Shown: positions 27,296-33,767 of the stretch, one piece after another
Layout: each line of letters starts with the position of its first letter
Position numbering within the stretch: position 1 is the stretch's first letter
Source of the DNA: Balneolales bacterium
GTDB lineage: Bacteria; Bacteroidota; Rhodothermia; Balneolales; DATFMH01
Direction of reading: 5' to 3'
Length of the DNA: 42,026 bases
Assembly (NCBI GenBank): GCA_035266485.1
Contig: DATFNI010000181.1
Span: forward strand, 1 to 42,026
Made by a program: the position numbers and the translations under genes
Notes under the pieces: generated by a model
Databases searched by the model: none
What the model was told of the DNA's origin: nothing
What the model saw: the letters and a program-made list of their open reading frames with translations, nothing else

Positions 27296-27385
27296 TCACC
27301 TAATGGCATAGCTTTCCCTTCCGTTTGAAACTAACGGTCGCCGCCGGAGAGCTATGTTAACTGGATATGTAGGTAGTGATTTCAT
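27296..27385 (-). CDS. Candidate arginine leader peptide (29 aa)
   Basis: MKSLPTYPVNIALRRRPLVSNGRESYAIR*. Codons 14-16 are CGG CGG CGA (27346-27338). There are two further AGG codons, one of them the last sense codon. The ORF overlaps the anti-antiterminator and antiterminator segments. Confidence 0.6.
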   Translation of the reverse strand: MKSLPTYPVNIALRRRPLVSNGRESYAIR

Positions 27386-27799
27386 TTGTTTCAAGGTTAA
27401 GAAATTAATCTCTAACAATGCAACTATTATTCAAAAAAAAAGTGAAAAAATGTAAAATGATACTATTCAACGATTTTATTCATGATAACGGCCATAATAA
27501 ACAGAAGAGTATAAGCTGGAAGCGCTTTTCCAAAAAATAAAATTCATCCCCCTGAAATAAAGATGATATACAATGAAGAGTAATAGGTAAAAAATGTACG
27601 ATAGGCAGATGGTTTATTGACAAAAAAATATGATTTCGCTGTTTGAAAGTGTGTGATAAGTTTTATTATTGAATAAAGCGTGAAGATTCCGGGAATCATC
27701 ATTTGAATGATATTGGTTTTATGGCTAACATCCCCGGATATTTTATCCCGAAGGTACCAGGAATCCTTTAGCGGATTCCATAGATATAAATCAAGGTTA

Positions 27800-29209
27800 A
27801 TGCGGATTCTCAAATTTGGCGGTTCTTCAGTCGGAACCCCCGAAGCAATAAAAAAAGTCGTCTCGATTATAGAAGGAAAGCAAAAGCAGGATTCCGTGGC
27901 CGTTGTTGTGTCTGCTTTTCGTGGTGTCACCGATTCGTTGCTGCGCGGTGCGGAACTGGCGGCATCCGGTTCATCTGAATACGATGATCTCATTCATGAA
28001 CTGGAAGAGCGGCATATCGATGTCATCCGTGAATGCATTTCTGTCTACCGGCAGAGCGAAGTGATTGCCCACTTCAAAATGACGCTTAATGAGCTGGAAG
28101 ATATCCTGACCGGCGTCTTCCTGGTCCGGGAGCTGACCCCGCGAACGATGGATTTCATTGTCAGTTTTGGTGAACGGTTCTCCGCATACATCCTTAGCTG
28201 GTGCCTGACAGACAATGGCGTGCCGGCCGGTTTCACCGATGCGCGTGAGTTTATTAAAACCGATATCCGATTCGGTTCTGCCCGCGTTTTGATGGAGCAG
28301 ACATACCGTAACATCCGCGATTATTTCAACACCAGAAAAGAGTTGCAGGTTGTCACCGGTTTCATCGCATCCACTGAGAAAGGGGAGACCTCGACCCTGG
28401 GCCGGGGCGGTTCGGATTATACGGCATCTATATTGGGTGCGGCTCTCGGGGTGGATCTGATCGAAATATGGACAGATGTCAACGGGTTGATGACTGCGGA
28501 TCCGCGGAAGGTCAAGCAGGCATTTACAATACCGGAGCTTTCTTATGAAGAAGCCATGGAGCTCTCTCACTTCGGGGCAAAGGTGATTTATCCGCCTACA
28601 CTACAACCTGCGATGAAGGCGGGCATCCCGATTGTCATCTGCAATACCTTCAATCCCGAATTTCCGGGTACACGAATCGAACAACAGCCCAAAGGGAAAA
28701 ACGGGATCATCAAAGGATTATCATCAATCGAAAATATCGCCCTGGTTACCGTCAGGGGGAGTGGAATGATCGGCGTCAGTGGTATTGCGGCACGTATTTT
28801 CAAGGCTCTGGCTGAGGCGGGTATCAATATTATAATGATTACCCAGGCATCTTCAGAGCATACCATCTGCCTGGCTATCCTCTCAAAATTTGCCAAAGAT
28901 GCACAGAGAGTGATTGAGGATGAGTTTCGAATTGAGATTATGGAAGAGAGTATCGACCGGGTGCTCATTGAAGATGATATGTGTATTATTGCTGTGGTCG
29001 GTGATCATATGCAACGCACGCCGGGTATAGCGGGACTTGTATTCCAGGCGATCGGGAAGAATGAGATTAATATCGTGGCTATCGCACAGGGATCGTCCGA
29101 ACGAAACATTTCTTTCATCGTCAACAAAAATGACGAGGCGGGCGCAATGACGGCACTCCATGACGCTTTTTTCTCTAAAGCGGTAGCTTCAGGCCGTACC
29201 AGTCACTAA
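27800..29209 (+). CDS. lysC: Aspartate kinase, monofunctional, with two C-terminal ACT domains
   Basis: I chose the start at 27800 (MRILKFGGSSVG), giving 469 aa. GRGGSDYTA is present, with ACT-like repeats at the C-terminus. The track start at 27707 is an unsupported extension. Confidence 0.85.
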   Translation: MRILKFGGSSVGTPEAIKKVVSIIEGKQKQDSVAVVVSAFRGVTDSLLRGAELAASGSSEYDDLIHELEERHIDVIRECISVYRQSEVIAHFKMTLNELEDILTGVFLVRELTPRTMDFIVSFGERFSAYILSWCLTDNGVPAGFTDAREFIKTDIRFGSARVLMEQTYRNIRDYFNTRKELQVVTGFIASTEKGETSTLGRGGSDYTASILGAALGVDLIEIWTDVNGLMTADPRKVKQAFTIPELSYEEAMELSHFGAKVIYPPTLQPAMKAGIPIVICNTFNPEFPGTRIEQQPKGKNGIIKGLSSIENIALVTVRGSGMIGVSGIAARIFKALAEAGINIIMITQASSEHTICLAILSKFAKDAQRVIEDEFRIEIMEESIDRVLIEDDMCIIAVVGDHMQRTPGIAGLVFQAIGKNEINIVAIAQGSSERNISFIVNKNDEAGAMTALHDAFFSKAVASGRTSH

Positions 29210-29213
29210 AAAA

Positions 29214-29254
29214 TTTGTAACTTGTCAATTAGTCAGGGGTCCGTGGTCAGTTGT
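29214..29254. repeat. G/T-rich heptamer array, left arm of an inverted pair
   Basis: TTGTAAC TTGTCAA TTAGTCA GGGGTCC GTGGTCA GTTGT. This is the reverse complement of the ACNACNG unit type. Confidence 0.65.
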
Positions 29255-29283
29255 TTTTTATTAGTAGTTTTTACAATGCAATC

Positions 29284-29339
29284 ACAACTGACAACTGACA
29301 ACTGACAACTGACAACGGACTACGGACAACCAACAACAT
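29284..29339. repeat. (ACAACNN)x8 heptamer array ending 1 nt before the thrB ATG
   Basis: ACAACTG x4, then ACAACGG, ACTACGG, ACAACCA, ACAACAT, then A and the ATG at 29341. Confidence 0.8.
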
Positions 29340-29340
29340 A

Positions 29341-30330
29341 ATGATATCAAATAACTTCAGCGAAGTGCGGGTTTTTGCCCCGGCAACTGTGGCGAATGTC
29401 GGTTGTGGCTTCGATGTGCTTGGCTTTGCCATTGATGAACCCGGTGATGAGATTGTGGCGAGAGTCCGCGAAGAAACCGGTGTCGTGATAACGGCTGTCC
29501 ACGGTGATGGAGGCAAACTTCCGTTACGGGTCGATCAAAACACCGCCGGAGTGGCGGCAACAGCCCTTCTTCAGGATGTGACAGACAATCTCTCGTTCGG
29601 CATCGAGCTGGAGCTCTATAAGAAAATGCCTTTGGGCAGCGGTCTTGGATCCAGTGCTGCGAGCGCTGTAGCGGCCGTTGTTGCCGTCAATCGGCTATTG
29701 GGTGATCCGTATGAACGCAAGGATCTGCTTCAGTTTGCGGTTGAAGGTGAGCGTGTAGCATGTGGCGCGGCTCATGCAGACAATGCCGGTGCATCCCTGT
29801 TGGGCGGATTTGTTTTTATCAGGAGCAACCACCCGATGGATGTATTTCCTATTGATTATCCGGAAGACCTCCACAGCACGGTGATCCATCCTCATATCGA
29901 GATTCGCACTGAGGACACCCGAAAGATCCTGCGGAAACAGATCCTGCTGGCCCGTGCCGTGGCACAATGGGGCAATGTCGGCGCTTTGGTAGCCGGGTTG
30001 ATGAAAGGTGATCATGACCTGATCGGACGTTCACTTCACGATGAGATCATCGAACCTATTCGTTCGGTGCTCATCCCCGGATTCAACCAGATGAAATCGG
30101 CTGCGATGGATGCCGGTGCTCTCGGATGCAGCATCTCCGGCTCCGGACCTTCGGTTTTTGCCCTGAGCCGGTCGAAAGAGGAGGCTCGGAAAATCGGTTC
30201 GGCCATGCAGCGGGCTGTCGCATCTGTTGGTCTGGATAGCGATGTTTATATATCTAAAATCAATAAAGCGGGCAGCACGGTGATCAGTGAAAAGCAAACC
30301 CAGGAATGGAATAGTGGAATGGTGGAATAA
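29341..30330 (+). CDS. thrB: Homoserine kinase
   Basis: 329 aa with the GHMP motif PLGSGLGSSAASAVAAV and an N-terminus ATVANVGCGFDVLG. Confidence 0.9.
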   Translation: MISNNFSEVRVFAPATVANVGCGFDVLGFAIDEPGDEIVARVREETGVVITAVHGDGGKLPLRVDQNTAGVAATALLQDVTDNLSFGIELELYKKMPLGSGLGSSAASAVAAVVAVNRLLGDPYERKDLLQFAVEGERVACGAAHADNAGASLLGGFVFIRSNHPMDVFPIDYPEDLHSTVIHPHIEIRTEDTRKILRKQILLARAVAQWGNVGALVAGLMKGDHDLIGRSLHDEIIEPIRSVLIPGFNQMKSAAMDAGALGCSISGSGPSVFALSRSKEEARKIGSAMQRAVASVGLDSDVYISKINKAGSTVISEKQTQEWNSGMVE

Positions 30331-30348
30331 TGGAAGACTGGATTTTAA
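30304..30348. repeat. (GGAATNNT) octamer array covering the thrB 3' end and stop
   Basis: GGAAT, GGAATAGT, GGAATGGT, GGAATAAT, GGAAGACT, GGATTTTA. The thrB TAA (30328-30) lies inside a unit. Confidence 0.7.
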
Positions 30349-30394
30349 ATACTCGAAGCAGGATGCTCTATAATTCGCAACCCGCAACTTTCCC

Positions 30395-30426
30395 ATCATT
30401 CCAATGTTCCAATATTCCAACATTCC
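30395..30426. repeat. (NNNNTTCC) octamer array, inverted partner, 7 nt before the thrC ATG
   Basis: ATCATTCC, AATGTTCC, AATATTCC, AACATTCC. Confidence 0.7.
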
Positions 30427-30433
30427 TTTAGTT

Positions 30434-31804
30434 ATGCGGTTTCTAAGCACAAATAATAAAAACCAACCGGTTTCTTTCTATGAGGCTGTCCTGCAGGGAT
30501 TGGCCGACGACGGCGGCCTGTATATGCCGGAAAACATCCCTCAACTTTCCGACGAGTTTTGGCAGGGTGTTGCTGACCTGTCTTTTAAAGAAATTGCGTT
30601 CAACGCAGCCCGCCCGTTTGTCCGGGATGAACTGAATGATATCGAATTGCAAGCAGTGATTGATGATGCGTTCTCCTTCGATGCGCCTCTGATCCCACTT
30701 GACGACAAGATATATGTGGCGGAGCTGTTCCACGGTCCCACCCTGGCGTTCAAGGATTTTGGAGCCCGCTTCATGTCCCGTGTCTTTTCGGCGATGAATA
30801 ATAAGCATGAAGAGGTGGCTGGCCAGAAAAGACAGCAGGATCTCAAAGAGCATGATGTGTATATTCTTGTAGCGACTTCAGGTGATACCGGCAGTGCCGT
30901 GGCTCATGGATTCCTGGCGGTGCCCGGTATCAAGGTCTGTCTCCTGTATCCAAGCGGCAAGGTCAGCAAGCTGCAGGAACAACAATTGACAACCGTGGGT
31001 GGTAACGTTACTGCAATCGAGGTTGACGGGACATTCGACGACTGTCAGAAGATGGTGAAACAGGCTTTCTCTGATGTAGATTTGAGGAGTGAAATTACAC
31101 TTAGTTCGGCCAACTCTATCAATTTTGCACGGTTGTTGCCGCAGTCGTTCTATTATATTTATTCTTATGCACAGCTAAAGAAATTAACAGATGAAAAGCC
31201 GGTTTTCTGTGTGCCGAGCGGAAACATGGGCAACCTGACGGGTGGATTGCTGGCCATGCAGATGGGCATGCCTGTGGATCAGTTTATCGTGGCTACGAAT
31301 GTGAATGACGTGGTTCCTGAATATTTAAGGAAGGGGGTCTTCACGCCGAGGCCATCCGTCCGTACGCTTTCCAATGCCATGGATGTCGGCAATCCGAGCA
31401 ACCTGGACCGGATACGGTTTCTTTTTGGCGATTCTATCTCGATGGCCAGGAAGCATTTATATGGAAGCTCATTTAACGACGATCAAACCCGGGATGCCAT
31501 CCAGTGGGTGCATCAACAGACAGGTTATGTGCTGGATCCACACACGGCTGTAGGCTATCTGGCAAGTGAAGAGTACCGTAAAACTACAGGCGATGAAGAA
31601 TCCTCGATCATTCTGGTGTCAACGGCACATCCCGCCAAATTCAGGGACACGGTCGAGTCGGTAATCGGGGAGTCGATCGCCATGCCGAAACAACTGCAGG
31701 AATGCATGGAGAAACCAAAACAAGCCATCCCCATGAATGGTGATTATTCGGCGTTGAGGAGTTTTCTCCTGGATCATCATGCAAAGGTCGAGGCCGAAAA
31801 TTGA
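30434..31804 (+). CDS. thrC: Threonine synthase
   Basis: I chose the start at 30434 (MRFLSTNNKNQPVSFYEAVLQGLADDGGLYMP). The PLP-lysine context FHGPTLAFKDFG is present. The track start at 30404 lies inside the repeat array. Confidence 0.9.
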   Translation: MRFLSTNNKNQPVSFYEAVLQGLADDGGLYMPENIPQLSDEFWQGVADLSFKEIAFNAARPFVRDELNDIELQAVIDDAFSFDAPLIPLDDKIYVAELFHGPTLAFKDFGARFMSRVFSAMNNKHEEVAGQKRQQDLKEHDVYILVATSGDTGSAVAHGFLAVPGIKVCLLYPSGKVSKLQEQQLTTVGGNVTAIEVDGTFDDCQKMVKQAFSDVDLRSEITLSSANSINFARLLPQSFYYIYSYAQLKKLTDEKPVFCVPSGNMGNLTGGLLAMQMGMPVDQFIVATNVNDVVPEYLRKGVFTPRPSVRTLSNAMDVGNPSNLDRIRFLFGDSISMARKHLYGSSFNDDQTRDAIQWVHQQTGYVLDPHTAVGYLASEEYRKTTGDEESSIILVSTAHPAKFRDTVESVIGESIAMPKQLQECMEKPKQAIPMNGDYSALRSFLLDHHAKVEAEN

Positions 31805-31845
31805 GAATCAGGAAGATCGATGACAACAACAAAATTCTTATTTAT

Positions 31846-31880
31846 GTTTCGGGTTTCTGGTTTAGGGTTTCGTGTTGAAT
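31846..31880. repeat. (GTTTNNG) heptamer array, left inverted repeat of the four-helix-bundle gene
   Basis: GTTTCGG, GTTTCTG, GTTTAGG, GTTTCGT, GTTGAAT. Confidence 0.7.
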
Positions 31881-31904
31881 CCGCCGATCCATAATTATAA
31901 TGCA

Positions 31905-32306
31905 ATGGCTACCATAAAACGTTTTGAAGATCTTGAGGTTTGGCAAATGGCCAGGGATATTTCTAAAGCGGTTTATGACCTTTATGCCCAAAATGATCCT
32001 TTTTCAAAAGACTATAAGCTAAAAGATCAGATTAATGGATCAAGTGGTTCTGTGATGGATAATATTGCCGAAGGTTTTGAAAGAGGCGGGAATAAGGAAT
32101 TTATCAATTTTCTTAGTATAGCAAAGGGCTCTTTGGGAGAAGTAAAATCGCAACTTTACAGGGCATATGATAGAGATTACGTATCTCAGGAAGTCCTTGA
32201 GAAAATGAAAATGCAATGTGATGAACGGGCTTCTAAAATTGGCAGATTTATTAACTATTTGAACCAATCAAAAATTCGTGGGAATAAGTTCAAAAATAGA
32301 AGTTGA
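31905..32306 (+). CDS. Four-helix-bundle protein (23S rRNA intervening-sequence protein / Avd-like family)
   Basis: 133 aa from the ATG at 31905. MATIKRFEDLEVWQMARD...INGSSGSVMDNIAEGFERGGNKEFINFLSIAKGSLGEVKSQL matches the family signature as I remember it. Confidence 0.8.
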   Translation: MATIKRFEDLEVWQMARDISKAVYDLYAQNDPFSKDYKLKDQINGSSGSVMDNIAEGFERGGNKEFINFLSIAKGSLGEVKSQLYRAYDRDYVSQEVLEKMKMQCDERASKIGRFINYLNQSKIRGNKFKNRS

Positions 32307-32307
32307 T

Positions 32308-32391
32308 CGAACCCGAAACCCGAAACTCTAAACTCTAAACTCTAAACTCTAAACTCTAAACTCTAAACTCTAAACTCTAAACTCTAAACAA
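32308..32391. repeat. Heptamer array, right inverted repeat, including a perfect (TAAACTC)x8 microsatellite
   Basis: CGAACCC, GAAACCC, GAAACTC, then TAAACTC x8 (32329-32384), then TAAACAA. GAAACCCGAAAC (32315-26) is the exact reverse complement of 31846-57. Confidence 0.85.
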
Positions 32392-32455
32392 ATTTATAAT
32401 CACGATTAATTGATTCTGTTTCAGCAGGATTGCTTGATCATGTATTGACATACAG

Positions 32456-33640
32456 ATGAAAGATAAACTTGACGAGATACGATCCAGGCTGGATTCTATC
32501 GATAAGACGATTATTGATGCTCTTGCTGAACGTCAAAAGGCTGTTCAGCAGGTTTTTTCGCTGAAAGCAGAGAACTCCGGCCGGTTACGGGATTATCAGC
32601 GTGAGGAGCAGATCCTCTCCGAAATTGGAGACATCGCGCGTAAAGCGGGACTGGATCGTTACTTCGCAGAGCAGATATTCAGGGAGATCATCAATCACTC
32701 TGTGCGCACTCAGACTCATGCTTTGATGGACTACCATAATCCATCCCGTTCTGACAAGACGATTCGAGTTGCATACCAGGGAACTGAGGGCGCGTTTAGT
32801 CACGTTGCAACACAACATCATTTCGGTGACCGGTACGCAGACATCACTAGCTACGGCTATGACACGTTTCAGGAAGCCGGTGAAGCGGTTGAAAATGGTG
32901 ATGTGGATGTGGCCATCCTGCCGATCGAGAATACGACTGCGGGATCTATTAATGAAACATATGATCTTTTGGGAAGCAGCTCCCTGGTGATTGTGGGTGA
33001 AGAAGTATTGCGTATCCGTCATTGTCTGCTGGCGCTGGAACCCGTTCCTATCGAGCGCATTCGTCGCATTATCTCGCATCCTCAGGCTTTGGCGCAGTGC
33101 AGCCGGTTTTTGTCGAAGCTGACACATTGCCACGTAGAATCATACCTCGACACTGCCCTGGCAGCACGTAAAGTGCAGGAAGACGGGGATCTCTCGCTGG
33201 CGGCCATCGCCGGTGCCCAGGCTGCCGAACAGTATGGGCTGCATATCATTGAACGCGACATCGCGAACCAGGATCTGAACTTTACGCGATTTGTGATCGT
33301 GGCTCCTGAACCGGTTTATTGTGATCCGCAGATACCGTGTAAGACATCGCTTGTAATGGCCACCAGCCATGAGAAGGGTGCCTTGATTGACTGCCTTCGT
33401 GTGCTGGGTGACCATGGCATCAACATGACAAAGCTGGAGTCCCGGCCACGCCCCAATGTTCCCTGGCAATACCTGTTTTACCTTGATATTGAGGGTAATA
33501 CCCAGGATGAGAATGTAGAAGAGGCATTGAACGAACTGAAGAAAGAGGCAAGCTTTGTTAAGATCCTGGGCTGCTACCCAATCCAGCCAAATAGTGATGA
33601 AGTGGCTAAGAAAACGGGAAATAAAGGAATAAAGGAATAA
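32456..33640 (+). CDS. pheA: Bifunctional chorismate mutase / prephenate dehydratase (P-protein)
   Basis: 394 aa. The N-terminal CM helix is LDEIRSRLDSIDKTIIDALAERQ. The PDT domain has VAYQGTEGAFSH and ENTTAGSI. The ACT domain has GALIDCLRVLGDHGINMTKLESRP. Confidence 0.9.
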   Translation: MKDKLDEIRSRLDSIDKTIIDALAERQKAVQQVFSLKAENSGRLRDYQREEQILSEIGDIARKAGLDRYFAEQIFREIINHSVRTQTHALMDYHNPSRSDKTIRVAYQGTEGAFSHVATQHHFGDRYADITSYGYDTFQEAGEAVENGDVDVAILPIENTTAGSINETYDLLGSSSLVIVGEEVLRIRHCLLALEPVPIERIRRIISHPQALAQCSRFLSKLTHCHVESYLDTALAARKVQEDGDLSLAAIAGAQAAEQYGLHIIERDIANQDLNFTRFVIVAPEPVYCDPQIPCKTSLVMATSHEKGALIDCLRVLGDHGINMTKLESRPRPNVPWQYLFYLDIEGNTQDENVEEALNELKKEASFVKILGCYPIQPNSDEVAKKTGNKGIKE

Positions 33641-33649
33641 GGGAATTGA
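33617..33649. repeat. (GGAATNNN) array covering the pheA 3' end and stop
   Basis: GGAAATAAA, GGAATAAA, GGAATAAG, GGAATTGA. The pheA TAA (33638-40) lies inside a unit. Confidence 0.65.
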
Positions 33650-33719
33650 AGCTGGTGCACGGTACAGGGGTAGACGTCTGGACAAGCCTGTTTGCTTGGG
33701 ATTTGCTGTACTCTAATTG

Positions 33720-33767
33720 AAAACTGACAACGAACAACTAACAACTAGAAACGAACAACTAACGACG
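33720..33767. repeat. (ACAACNN)-type heptamer array ending flush with the aminotransferase ATG
   Basis: AAAACTG, ACAACGA, ACAACTA, ACAACTA, GAAACGA, ACAACTA, ACGACG, then the ATG at 33768. Confidence 0.75.

Noticed and set aside
27305-27356. Whether the structured element upstream of argG is a riboswitch or T-box, or a lysine riboswitch for the aspartokinase gene on the other strand.
   Set aside because: I recognise no conserved core of the lysine, glycine, guanidine or T-box classes. The helix is explained by the leader-peptide attenuator, because it overlaps the RRR codons and competes with the terminator. The terminator polarity also points towards argG.
27457-27540. 27-codon plus-strand ORF (MILFNDFIHDNGHNKQKSISWKRFSKK*) as a possible Lys/Thr leader peptide for the aspartokinase operon.
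   Set aside because: It has only two terminal Lys codons and no Thr/Ile run. It lies 260 nt from the gene, with no associated terminator or alternative helices overlapping it.
27544-27993. 149-aa minus-strand ORF across the aspartokinase leader and 5' end.
   Set aside because: It overlaps the aspartokinase N-terminus on the opposite strand. The remainder is AT-rich leader sequence giving an implausible low-complexity peptide.
31905-32306. Whether the four-helix-bundle gene is the Avd component of a diversity-generating retroelement.
   Set aside because: No reverse transcriptase gene and no template/variable repeat pair are visible anywhere in the window. The flanking repeats are heptamer arrays, not TR/VR.
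32308-32391. Whether the tandem repeat arrays (also 29284-29339, 30304-30426 and 33720-33767) could be CRISPR arrays.
   Set aside because: The units are only 7-8 nt, directly abutting, with no spacers. No cas genes are in the window. They are microsatellite-like arrays.
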